This document shows, one piece after another, positions 1 to 12,600 of a stretch of 64,000 nucleotides of DNA. The stretch is from Epiperipatus broadwayi (taxonomy: Eukaryota; Animalia; Onychophora). The stretch covers positions 16,864,001 through 16,928,000 of the forward strand of contig JAQFVV010000007.1 in assembly GCA_028023455.1 (NCBI GenBank). Direction: 5' to 3'. Within the stretch, counting starts at the first letter, position 1, and every line of letters starts with the position of its first letter. Under the pieces are notes generated by a model. The model made no database searches. It had not been told where the DNA came from and worked only from the letters and a program-made list of their open reading frames with translations. The translations under genes and the position numbers were made by a program.

Positions 1-218
1 CTTTGGTTCTTTAAAAACCATAGCCACCAATATCCTATTAGGCAGGATTGGTTTTAAGCCAATAAACATCACATACACCATCTCTTATGCTTGTGTATAA
101 CTGTTGTTAAAACAGGAAAAACTCACTATACGTATGCCACAAACAGCAAGCTAGAGTAATCAATGGATGCCAAAAGGCTTGTGCATAAAATCCCCATCTA
201 GTGCCTACTCATCCAATA

Positions 219-259
219 TCCCCAGACTATTTCTGGCTTGTGGCTTTCATCAGTGAGGA
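219..259 (-). ncRNA. Minimal type-I hammerhead ribozyme motif, degenerate helix III
   Basis: Minus strand reads UCCUCA-CUGAUGA-aagccacaagcca-GAAA-UAGUC-UGGGGA. Helix I has 6 bp. One C of the ACUAGU palindrome is missing. Confidence 0.7.
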
Positions 260-483
260 TATTGGTGGCTATGGTTTTTAAAGAACCAAAGACACCAAAA
301 TGTATGGGAACTGAACTGGGTTCAGACACATATAACTATATAAGCTAATGGGCTTGAATTGGAAACATTAAGGTGTTTTCAGTTTAAGATTCATAGTTTT
401 GTAGTTAAATGGAGATAAAAGGTGGTTGCTGGAGGGTTGCATTAGATCCTAAGATCTAGATGCAGTGCTCTCAGATTCAAGGC

Positions 484-525
484 TCTTCACTGACAAAGGC
501 CACAAGCCAGAAACTAGTCTGGGGA
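484..525 (+). ncRNA. Minimal type-I hammerhead ribozyme motif, mutated core
   Basis: UCUUCA-CUGACAA-aggccacaagcca-GAAA-CUAGUC-UGGGGA. Palindromic ACUAGU helix III is intact; the core is CUGACAA instead of CUGANGA. Confidence 0.7.
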
Positions 526-2317
526 TATTGGATGAGTAGGCACTAGATGGGGATTTTATGCACAAGCCTTCTGGAATCCATTGATTACTCTAGCTTGCTG
601 TGTGTGGCATACGTATAGTGAGTTTTGCCTGTTTTAACAACAGTTATACACAAGCATAAGAGATGGTGTGTGTGATGTTTAAATCTAAATGAATAGATAA
701 AATGAATAATCATTAAAAGTCATTTAAAATTGTATAGTCAAAAGATTATCAAAATATTCCACGTATTCAAAATATCGTTAATAAGATTTTTGTACCATTT
801 TTCACATCCATATGTTGGTTTCAATGAATCGAGAAAGATCTAAAGTGTTGATGATGGGTTAATGTCTGCATTTAATCCACTAATCATTTTAAGCCTTCTT
901 GTCAGCCATTGAATTTCTACTTTCAAATCTATATATTTATTTTACAGCTCTGCATTTTATTTTTATTTTTTTCAATAGGAAAATGTCTTATGTTTTTTTT
1001 AAATCAAATCTTTAATAATAAGGTAATTGTCAGAAAATCAGTTGTGATTGTTTTTAGAGGACCCAAAAATAAATTTACTCATATATAGTTCCTATTGGAA
1101 TTCCATACTTCAGAAATATGATAAATCCAAATTAGCAATTTTAATGTTTGATAGTTCTTAAAATTTAGTATATATAAAATATGCATCTAAAGAGCAAACA
1201 TCAATTTTTTTACAAAAGTATATACTTACGTGAAAAATATAAAATTTTGCATGTTGATTTCTGTAAGATGGTAATTTCTTTATCATTTTATTTTCTAATG
1301 AAGATTAATTAATTACCACTAAATAAGTAATAATTGTGTCTTTAGTTACATGAACTTAAATCTGCCTACCTGGAAAAACTCCTAAGCTTGTTTAATAATC
1401 CATATATATATATATCTGAAATAAAAAAAATGTAAATACTGCAGGTACATGTTCTAATCACTCCCATTAGTTTCTCATGCAAAACATAACTATGTATATA
1501 CACCTTTGCCTCATTTAGTGCTGGAATTTTGTATGAGGATTCACCATATTGATCATTATCAATTTGTTCCCACTACATTGAGTTATAACCGATTATTTTC
1601 TATAATGATCATTAAAAAAAAATTTTTTTTTTTTTTTAAAATACTATTTTGAAAATTGCAAGCATTTTGTAAGATTGATGACATTATAGGATAGTAACTT
1701 TATGTCATCCAAAAAAAAAATAGTGGCATTCATGCTAAAAATATACAATACAGACAGAGTGTATTTAACATACACAATTTAGTGTATAATATTACAATAT
1801 ACAGTATTTTCATTATATAATTAAAGTACAATTAACCCTCCTGTATTTAAGCTTTCAACTTTCATTTTGATATTAAACCATCATTGTTTATCTGAATACA
1901 ATAAATTTGACCTCATTCAATAAATATAAAAACAACAAAAGTTTAGAAATTAAATAAATTTTAAAAAAATCACATTTGATTTCTGGAATTATTTTAAAAA
2001 TTATACTTATTCAAAACAAAATGCTTTCACATCATCACATTTTAGGTAGAGCTGATTTAATTTATAAAATGAACAAAATCTTCTTTGTTTCATGTTTGAT
2101 TTTAAAATCTATATGATTTTTTTAAATAACTAATAAATCTATCAATTTATGCTATAGAAGGTTTTTTGTAATTTTTACAATATCACTAAATATTATAATC
2201 AATCTGCTGAGTCACCTCATTTTTAAAAAGATGTGTTTTCCCACAACTGTAATTTCTATAGTAACAATATTCAGAAAAAATATTATTTTATATATTAAAA
2301 TAAAACATTTCTGTCAA

Positions 2318-2404
2318 GCGTTGTTAGCTGAGAGGTCATCACAGCTGCTTTGCAAGCAAGTAGTTGGTTGCAGGCGGTTGTGGGTTCACGTCCCGGACAA
2401 TGCT
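2318..2404 (+). pseudogene. Retroposed tRNA-like element (Gly-like body, UGC anticodon loop, long extra arm) with A-tail
   Basis: 7-bp acceptor GCGTTGT/ACAATGC, D-region TAGCTGAGAGGTCA, loop TTTGCAA at 2349-2355, T-arm GGG-TTCACGT-CCC. Followed by an A-run and flanked by the direct repeat CATTTCTGT (2306-2314, 2426-2434). Confidence 0.55.
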
Positions 2405-3047
2405 ATGACATATGAAAAAAAAAACCATTTCTGTAAAAAATAAATATGTAATATTTATTTTTGATTTTTAATCATTATTAGACAATTACAATACAAATAT
2501 AATCATAAATTTTCCAAAAAATCAAATTTTTAGATTAACATAATATTTTCTCAATGATTGTAATATTTCCTTGAAATACAATTGGCAAAGTTTGTGATCA
2601 CTGAGTAAACCATGTCTACTCATCAAACCATGTTTTTAGTGCTTTTGTAATACTGATTATTTAATTTTTCCACCATCTTTTGACTTTTTTTGCAATTAAA
2701 AATGTTGGAAAATAAATATACATGAGTTTTAAAGTCATAAAAAGGGGTTTTACAAAATTTTAACCAGGGGGAAAAAACAAAAATTTTACTTTTAGAAATC
2801 TTAGATGAAGTTCTGCCATCTTGCAATATAATATAGTTAATGAACAGTACTTTATTTAATTTTCATCCAGTATTATTGCAAGGCATTAAATACATTTATT
2901 AATAATACATTCAAAGAAAAGTTTAATGTCTATGAAATTTAAACAAGTGCTTTCTTTAGTATAATAAGTAATCAAAAGCCTGTTTTAATGATGTACAACA
3001 ATCAACTGTATTAGTGTTACTGCAAGTTATTTTGGAAAAATAAATAA

Positions 3048-3840
3048 ATGATTTCATGTTTTATGCCATTAATAATCAATTTTTTTTAATATTAAATATA
3101 AGTATAAAATATCATTTACACATTATTTATTTAATTTTAATTCATCATGATGTAATTTGTTTCATACATATTCAATCCAAAGGAGACATTACTGCAAACA
3201 TAAAAAGATAGAGTGCTGAAAAAATATATATAAATTTTATTCAGCATAAAATTAAAAATAAATTTTGGTCATATACTCTACTATTTATAATTAATTTTAA
3301 ATTGTGTACTATATTAGCTAAAATATACAAACAACTAATTTTGATTCAAAATTTCAATCATTTAAAACTGCTACTATCATAATTCTAAAATATTTTTAAT
3401 ATTAAAAAAGGGATAATATAAAAAATGATTTCATGAATTATGCCGTTAATAAAAAAAATTATATCACAAGTTACTAAATCTAAGTTAAAAATATTATTTA
3501 CTTGCTACATTTTAAATTATAATCTTGTAATTGTTTCAGAAATATCCAACAGAAAGGTGACATTATTGCAAATTTACAAAATTATAGTACTGAAAAAAGT
3601 ATAAATTTCATTCAATATAAAACAAAAAGTAAATTTTTGTCATATATTAATAATAATTAATTTTAAATAGTGTACTATATATCTAATAGCTAAAATATTC
3701 AGTATAACAATTTTAAATTAAAACCTTTATGAATACTAATTTCAGTCAATTAAAATTTCTATCATCATAAATATATTTTTAGTAACCAAAAAGGAAAGAA
3801 TGGGATGATTTCAAGCATTGTGCACTTAATAATAAATTTT
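3048..3840. repeat. Degenerate tandem repeat, ~377-380-bp period, about 2 full units plus a partial third
   Basis: ATGATTTCA(T/A)G anchors at 3048, 3425 and 3805. Internal blocks repeat (aaaggagacattactgcaaa / aaaggtgacattattgcaaa). Confidence 0.7.
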
Positions 3841-4889
3841 CTATGATGAATGTGCAATACAAATTAAAGAAATTTCATGCTTTTAATTTTTATTTAAATG
3901 GCCCATATTACTGCCATTACCATATAATGTATTATTCAAACATTTGCTAGATCATTCTAAAAAAAATGACTAGTGTTCATAATAAAATATGACATCTCAT
4001 GCTATTAAAAAAGACCACAGCTAGTATATTTGTATATATAGTATCATTTATTTAAATCTGCATAATACATACTGTAAAAGTCAAAACATTTTATTACAGC
4101 ATGCCAAAACAGAATGCATTAGATACATATTTGTTTAATATGACAGAATTTTAATATTTTTAAAAATTAACCATGTGATAAGGTTTTGGTAATGTATAGT
4201 TTTATAATTTGGCTACCCTTACACTGTTCATAAATAAGACTTTTGGTCACAACTCTACAGTTAAATGAGATGTTATTAAATATTACTTTTTTTTAATTTT
4301 AAGCAGAGGTTAATCAATTCTTTACACATGTAAAGTACTGTTATATTAAATCAACACTGTTTTTGTTGAATGTGAGGAACTCTTGATCCAAGGCACAAGA
4401 CAGTGATTTTGAAAAGATACGAATGGCAATCTTATCTCTGCACCTAAATTCAGTTACATAGGCAAATCTTAAGTATTTTGGAATCAGCATGTGAATATTT
4501 TATCTTCTTCACTTTACTTAACATTTTCTTTATTACATGCATTAACACTCACAAAAATTTAATATCAACAAAACTTGATATAATATAACAGTACAATGCA
4601 AGTGATAAATGTATTACTCAATTACTTTTTTAATTTTAAATAATTTCACATAAACAACATAAAGATATGAATTTTAGTTTTAAAAAAGAAATGTCAGTAT
4701 GAGTTTTTTACTTTTTTGCTGAGCAATGATTAACAATTCTGTGGGAGAATACAAAAAATTGTTAACTACACATACTTTCCCTTTCTTGGTTTATTTTTCT
4801 GTATGTTTGCACAAAAAAAAAATGTTTTTATCTAGCAATATTGATTTTTTTTAAAAAAAAGTTTACAGCTACATACATTTTAAACTGAA

Positions 4890-5250
4890 ATCATAGGAGC
4901 TACTAATATCACCAAACACCACATCACTTTTTTAACCTATGGATCAAAGAATCATTCAAATCTTCAAAATGGACTAACTTCAACAACTGATACAACTTTT
5001 TGTCAATACTTTGGATAAAGACACCAACAAAGGACTTGATGATGACAACATTAAAGAGACTTTGTAATTACACTTGGAAAAAAATTAACTAATAAAGAAT
5101 TAATGCAACTGGATGAAGAAAAGAAAGATGATAAAGAAAAGAAAATCATCAAGCCTATAGTTAAGAATAAATTGAAAGAAACTGATTTTGTATCATGTGG
5201 CTATAAACAGAATTTTTAAAGAATTGGACATAAACTTATATCACCAAATC
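4890..5250 (+). mobile_element. pogo/Tigger-type DNA transposase remnant (DDE_1 region, internally deleted)
   Basis: 4912-4977 translates PNTTSLF*PMDQRIIQIFK, matching the pogo PPNTTSxxQPMDQGxIxxFK motif. It is followed by GLDDDNIKETL...LTNKELMQLDEEKK, which resembles the Tigger C-terminus. Stops and frameshifts are present. Confidence 0.75.
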
Positions 5251-5629
5251 TAAAAATGCCTTATGCCCATAATGGGCCCTTATATACAATTGTATTTGAG
5301 GAGGGGGAAATCAAAATGGCAAGCCAACCATTTATTCTAAACTTTTTTCTAGAAATTTTCAACCATCAACACCTTATCTACCGTCTCTAAAAAATAAACC
5401 AAAATTATCAAAGGATTTAAAAGACAATAATAGACCATTAGAAAGAGCAACTGATGAGTGAAAAAACTGGATGACAGTGAGTGATGAATGGATCATAAGA
5501 AAGAAGAACAGCTAAAGACTTAGATTTAATGTGTCATACATATATGTTTTACATCCATACTGACATAATACATAAGTAGTACAGTTTTTGTATTATTAAT
5601 TTACCTTCACTTTTATATGTAATTTTTTT

Positions 5630-6235
5630 TGCATATGTATGTATATATGCTTAATGATCTGCTTTCCTTTTTGTCTTTGTATCATAAAGCTGAATGTACT
5701 TTCAGTGATGAGCACTAAAATGTAGCTCTCATATTATCCATTGTTGCTTCTTAATTTATATTTCAATCTAATTATGTATGTTGGGTAAATACATGCTATG
5801 TAAATTAAGTCATTTAAATATTCCATTTATGTAATAGATGAACACTGATTTTTCTTTTGCTTATCTCATCTTTATGGCTGTCAATAAACCACACATTTTT
5901 CACCTTTCTTTTCTTATCATCACATTTTATACAGACCAAGCTGACTGACTATGGATCGATAAATTGGTCAATCTGGCGTGTTAGAGTGTGATGATCAGAA
6001 CAGGAAGGTGAAAAAAGCATGGTTTATTGCCAACCATAAAGAGATGATAAGCAAAAGAAAAATCTGTGTCCAGCTATCACATAAATATTTAAATCGCTTA
6101 ATTTGCATAGCAAATATGGCCACCTCAACAAATCCCATGAGATTTATGATTATGGTGCTCATCGCTAAAAGTTCACTCGACTTTATGACATAAAGATTAG
6201 AAAGAAATATCTTCACTACACATATGTACATATAT
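5630..6235. repeat. Old imperfect inverted repeat (~300-bp arms, 5630-5930 / 5980-6235)
   Basis: For example, gatttttcttttgcttatctcatctttatggctgtcaataaacc on the left matches the reverse complement of the right arm, gatttttcttttgcttatcatctctttatggttggcaataaacc. Confidence 0.75.
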
Positions 6236-7871
6236 ATAGAAAAGAATTGCATGCATGTATTGTACATTAGGTCTTTTTTTAATTACTATATATAATAGAT
6301 TAAATTGTTTGTTAATACATTTATGGCATAATTTTTATCTGAAGGAAGGAGCTAAATTTTTCTCCATAGAAAATCATTATAATCCCTTGCTTTTTATATG
6401 ATCTTCTTGCTTTAAGATGAGTTTGGGGATAATCTGTGTATTATATAAATAATTATATCTTTTTCAGAAATATTTAGAACTCCCAATCTATTATACTTTC
6501 ATGAAACATGTGAATATGCAGATGTGAAAAAGGCAATGTCCCCAAGATTCATTTCATGCTGAACCAATGATCTTTAATTGGTTGAATTCACATCTCTTAC
6601 ATGAATTATTTTTTTAAAAAAACGTATATATATAATATTTTAATTGAATTTTAAAGTTTATATCTGGGCTAAGGATAATTTGTAGCCTAACAAATGATAA
6701 GTAACAATTATTAGTGTGTTTGTCTAAAGTGGATAATGCCAAAGTTGTGAGTTCAGGAAGTTTGATACCTGTAAATCAGAATGTAATTATGTGTTATAGA
6801 TAAATTGAAAAAATCTGGTTTAGTATGGAATACATTGAGATCTTTTTTGTTTCAAATGTTTTTATTATAATTTTTGGTTTAAATTTACACGAAAACTTTT
6901 TATTATTACTATCTTCATTATACAGCATAAAATATATACGTTTTTTTATTTTTCTACTTTTCTATTTACTTTTTGAATAGAATGTTTGATTAAATTAGTT
7001 TTTAGAAATAAATGTATAATCTAACGCTGAAATAAAAACGTGCACATTTACCATATCTGTAATATAAATGCTTCTAATTATATGTTTATAAAGTTAGAAA
7101 AATAATTTATTTTCTAATTTTATTTTTAATTTTAACTTTAGTTTTGATTATAATTGAAATTTTTTTTTAACTTTCTTTATAATAATAGCATATGTAGAAG
7201 ACTATAATTAATGACGGCAGAAACTAATTATAAAATATAGAAAAGCTGTAGTTGTAAGATATTACCCATAATGCAATTGATTAGATTGCTTTTGAATTTA
7301 TTTTTATGCCACAGTTTAAACAAATAATGCAGTAGGTAGTTGTAAAAATAACACTGGCCTTTTTTTAAAATTTTAAATAAGCTATTAAAATTTTTGTACA
7401 ACAACAAAACACAATCTTTATTATTCATATCTATAATAAAATGTTTTAATTATAGATATTTAAAATAAAATATTTATAAAAGTACGGTCTATATAACGAC
7501 AGAATTTTTTTGCATTTATCCATTATAAGAAAATTTACTGCAAATATGTAAATAAATATTTAATTGATGAGGTAATTATGTAATTACTTGAATCGATATT
7601 AAATCCTTGTATATCATTTACCACATTTTTAAATTTCTAAACATTACTTACTGATAAAAACAATATCTTCCCATTTCTGACTTCATGCGATGTTTTAAAA
7701 GCAATCAGCAACGAACAATATATCAAAATTATTACATTTAGATACCGTTGTAATGCAAATGATATGGTTGTTTTGTGAATTGTGCTTAAGAACTTTAGTA
7801 AATACTGCAGGAATTATCAAAATGAAAGTTCAAAAAGTAAGATTTTGAATCTTATGATTGAATATCCTAGC

Positions 7872-7911
7872 ACCTCACTGAGGATGCCAGGTGCAGAAAC
7901 CGGTCTGAGGT
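7872..7911 (+). ncRNA. Intact minimal type-I hammerhead ribozyme
   Basis: ACCUCA-CUGAGGA-UGC(CAGGU)GCA-GAAA-CCGGUC-UGAGGU. Helix I is a perfect 6 bp, the core is complete, helix II has 3 bp and helix III is the palindrome ACCGGU. Predicted GUC cleavage after 7905. Confidence 0.92.
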
Positions 7912-8019
7912 TGAGAGTATTCTACAAACTTGTTAAGAGTTTGTTTTGCGAGCTCTATATATAATACAGTAGGATTAAAGATATATGCTAACATTTTCAA
8001 TGGACTTTCTTTGAAAAAA

Positions 8020-8575
8020 AACTAAAGATTGATATTAAAAAAATTAACAACTATAATTTGGTCAGATTGTTAATATATATGGAACCAAAATGAAAAAAAT
8101 TAATCATAGAATTAAACTTAGATGGTTTTCAGTAGAACTTAATCCTATGTTTGAAAAAGTTTTAATAAATATGTTTTATCTGTTCCTATTTATGGCTCTG
8201 AGACTTTGAATCCTGACAGAAAAACAGTGCAATGAAATATGGAAAGATTATAGTTGTGAGAAATAAGAAGGTATCATAATGAAATATTTGGGTGAGACAA
8301 AAGTAGGTAAATATCATTGTAAGCCTTAATAAACTGGAACAGAGCTGAGATGGATGTATTACTAAAAGAGATAACAGTTGGGAAGTCTTAAACTGGATTT
8401 CAAATGATTGTAAAAGATATAGAAAGACACTATATGTGAGATAGATGAATGAAATAAGAAAATATGTTGATGTAATATGGAGAAAAGGCTATAGAAAAAT
8501 AAAACTGGATTAAATTTAGAATAACTTTCAACCTGTAGTCAACTGAAAATAAGTTTAAATGATGATGATGATAAT
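8020..8575 (+). mobile_element. RTE-clade LINE 3' fragment, heavily decayed
   Basis: Homologous to the RTE fragments at 37.4-38.0 kb and 44.5-45.0 kb (ggtcagattgtt...aattaatcatagaattaaac; KINHRIKL). Ends in a (GAT)n tail at 8561-8572. Confidence 0.75.
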
Positions 8576-9289
8576 TTTTGACTTTACCTTAGAGCTTGAA
8601 TACTTAAATTAGCAGTATATTTAAATAAGCTTTATTTATATATCTCAATGTAAATGCGTAAGGCAGAACTATTTTCTTATACCCACAAAGAACCTTGTAT
8701 ACAAATAAATATGGAAATAAACACTTCATTGATGCTACAAATGTCTAATTTTTGAAGTTGTATTAAATTTTTATGCACTATCTTCTGTATTATTTACAAG
8801 TCTAATTATTATCTATTCATGAAAAAATGAATAATTTGTGCACCAGGGGGTGTTTTGAGCTTTGTTTTCATTAGATAATTTAGAAATGATTAATATTCCA
8901 CTAATATAATGATGGTTTTCCCATTTAAGTGTAACTATAATTTTGAAATTGATATTCACTCTTTGATATTATGTCTTTAATAATATTTTATTATCAGTTT
9001 GAAGGTTTGATAAAAATAACATTGCTGCCTTGATGGATTATTGATCAATTCTAAGGCATCTGAGGAAGAAGAAGCTGAAAATGGAACAGTAGAGGTTGAT
9101 CAATTTCTTTTAATTAATAGGTAGTATATAAAAATTTAGAAATTAATAAGATAATGCATGTGGATATAATTTAACTTTGAATAATTATTGCAAATATGTA
9201 TACAGTGCAGTAAAAGAAAAAAATGAAGTTCTTATACATTATAATAACAAAAAAAAATAATTATGGAATACAAGACATAGCCTTGTATA

Positions 9290-9620
9290 TCAAGATGTTT
9301 ATATATAATAGAGATTTAAAAAAAATTAAATGCTTTTATTTACCATGCACTAAAAAGAAATAAAATAATTGTTTCTTCATCGACAATTAGGGATTTTAGA
9401 TTTAACTAGAAATAAAATCATGGGGAGTCCAGAAACTAATTATGACAATTCCATGTTATAAAAAATAGGGATTGACTTCATTAAGTTTTGGACCCCTCAT
9501 CTATGCTTTTATTTTTCAAGTTTCTAAAAATACCAATTGTGATTGAAGATACAAATATTTATTTCATTTTTAGTGCACAGTCAATAAAAGCATTTAATAT
9601 TAAAAATTTTTTATCTCTAT
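9290..9620. repeat. Imperfect inverted repeat (fold-back)
   Basis: aaatgcttttatttaccatgcactaaaaag versus tttagtgcacagtcaataaaagcattt; inner arms ggggagtccagaaact / agttttggacccctc. Confidence 0.7.
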
Positions 9621-12600
9621 TATTTTTAAATTTTTAGTATTGGCATAGTAAATGAAAATGTAAAACTATAGTACTTTAAATTGACTAGACACTTATAATT
9701 GATATATATATATATATATATATCACTAGATATTTTTCCTATAAGTTAAATATATACCCCTTAGGTATATATCATATTTAGTAAGTGTATATAATAAAAA
9801 ATAAGCATATAAGTGATTAAAAATATAAAATATGCTTTTAAGTGAAAAGTGTTTAACATTTTGACTGTGATTGAAAATATTTTATTTATTTTCTTAAAAA
9901 ATACTTACCAAGACTATAGTGAAATAAACTTTACTTAATGTATATAATTTAATTTTAAATCAATTTTATACATATAGAGTACATATATCACTAAATATTT
10001 CTGCAGTAAGATAATATGTAGACTCTTTATGCATATATCATATTTAGTATGTGTACATAATTATGTTTCAAAGGTACTTTATTCATTCTTTGTAAATGAA
10101 AACATTGGTTACATTAGTTTACAATTTTACACCATTAATTAAATATTAAACACTAGATATAACAAATTAATTAAAAATCAGATATTTTTAATGAGGCAAA
10201 GGTGTCATGCTACAGCTTTAAAGATTGATAGAGTCCTGATCAAGTTTCTATATATATATATACATTGTATTTAGAAACATTTCTATCCTTTTTTCTTAAT
10301 GTCTCAAGCTTATCTCTAAAAGCATTCAGTGGTCTTCTCGAACTGTTCTTATACATACATATGCATCTTGTGCACTATTTGACATAGAGAACAAAGATAT
10401 TGGCATATACATTTGAAAAAAGACCTTTACCAAATTTGTTAAACCTATATTCAATGTTTATATTTTTATTCTTAAATATGACTGGTGTTTGCACTCTGAT
10501 CTGGTTAAACCTGAGACATAATAATAAAAATGTGAGATTGGGTTTTGAACTCTCTTTTAGATAGTATAGAGCAATCTTCTATTGATTAAATATGTCTTTT
10601 ATAAAAAAACTTGCTAGGTAATGCTTCTAAGTTGCTCTTAACCAGAAAAATCAAAGAATTTAGTTTCAAGTGACCAATATCTAAATTTGTGACATAGTTG
10701 TTTGTTTGTAAATTCAAGTATAGACTTATCTTGAATTTGTGTGGTTGGGGAAAATAATAGATATACTTCCCAATATTGATATTTCCCCTTTGGGGGAATA
10801 TAGACACAATTCTGTATTTTTAGGACTAAGTCTCTAATGGTCTTTAAATATCATGTAAGTGAAATTGGTCTATTTGTAGGTATGGTTTTAAATGCTATTT
10901 CCAGGTAGGAAACATCTCAGTACATTTTGAAAATGATATTAAGTAATTTTTTATTTCAAATATTGATTAATATATATATATTGTAATGGGATGTTGGTTT
11001 TCACCAGAAAGAGAGTGTGCATCTCACTACAATCAGACTTAGGGTCTTCGGGTATAATGCTGGAGATGAAGTGATGAAATTCTAAGTCCATGATTACATC
11101 TATCTTCACTATGCTAGCTCAATAATTATTAGATAAATTTAAATGTAATTTAGACTAGTTCATCCACCTCTCATCCCTCTTTCAGTCACCATTATGCCAC
11201 GATATTCAAACTCATGGAGAATTCGCAATTGGCTCTCTTCAGGGATGTATTTAGACAAGTCATTTACTACTATGCCTTTATATAAGCAATGACTAATAAA
11301 ATGTACTTTTAAATGTTTATAATATTAACACATATATAAAAATAAATGTTATGTAGCTATTAATAATTAGTCTGTTTATTTATAAATATGAATGTAATAT
11401 AATAATAATTAAGTAGTTTATTTATAAATATGAATGAGATATAATAGTGATTAAGTAGAGAGATCAGATTAATAACTCAATAATATTTAATAAACAATAA
11501 AAATGTGATATAAAAAATAAAATAAAATAATAATAAAAAATAAGGATGAATTTTTATTATTTTAAAAGATTAACAACTAATATCCCCATTCCATATCCCA
11601 TGATTCATACATTGAAAATCTTTTTTAAAGAAAAGATTATAATTTAAACAAATATATATACAATAAATAACAGCAAACAAATTCAAAATACTACTAATTT
11701 AAATGACCTTTAATACATTTTTAGTCACTTTTCATTTGTTTCATAATTATTATTATGAATCTTTTATTTGTAATTGTAAAACCTTTTTCATAAGTATTTG
11801 TAATAAAAATAAATATATCATTATGTTTACTATATTAATTAGTAAAAATAATAATTCTATTTAACTAATATCTGTTAAATAATAATCAAAATTTTACTTA
11901 ATCTAATTTAGATGAGTTCTGTCAAACTTTTAAATAGATTTATAAAATTTTATTTTATTTAATATTATATATATTTAGTTTAATAATTTTCCCTTATAAT
12001 ATTTCCATTTCTGTAAAGATAAGATACCAAATTTGAAATGAAAATCAATAAAATAAACATATTAAAATGATATAAATAATATAAATAATAAAATATATAA
12101 ATAGATAAATAAAAACTTATTTTCCTGAGCTAAGTAAGAATGGTTCTTTAGTTCAATATTTTATAATCCTGGTGGAGATCTCCTGGCATAGTGTATTTAT
12201 CCATTGGTTTAGTAGTCATATATTTATCCCAAACTGATAGATTATTAGCATTATCCAATGTTTTTATTATAATAAGATAAAATACATCCTTCCAGTTAGA
12301 CGTTCTACACAATTAATACTTTAAATTGGCATGAAAATTGGTTTCGAAACCTTTATGATATAATGTTTTATTTACTGCACATTGTAAGATACTTTTAAAT
12401 ATAAATAATTATTTTAAATATATTTTTATGAGTAGAAAAACAATGTAATAAAATAGAGAACTTACTAGAAATTCAAATAGATATTCTTTTTTATATATTA
12501 CTATTTTCTTTCAGATTTAAAATAAAAAAAAATATTTTTCCTATAATCTATTCCAATCCTTAGGTTTTAATTTTCATATAAATGAATCAATATTTCAATT

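Larger units (their letters stand above)
63..681. mobile_element. Fold-back hammerhead-bearing repeat (family A): inverted arms 63-258 / 484-681
   Basis: 63-258 is a near-identical reverse complement of 484-681. Each arm ends in a hammerhead motif. 1-36 is also inverted at 256-293. Related sequence recurs at 38.0-38.3 kb and 46.8-47.0 kb. Confidence 0.8.

Noticed and set aside
5995-6267. Hydrophobic 90-aa minus-strand ORF resembling a TRP/PKD transmembrane segment
   Set aside because: It lies in one arm of a degenerate inverted repeat, has no convincing splice sites, and hydrophobic translation is expected from AT-rich DNA.
9061-9100. CTGAGGA...GAAA string
   Set aside because: No helix I, II or III pairing and no UH site.
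10982-11290. GC-richer island starting TGTAAT after a TA run, LTR-like
   Set aside because: No matching terminus, TSD or second copy. Its minus-strand CTGAAGA lacks GAAA and helices.
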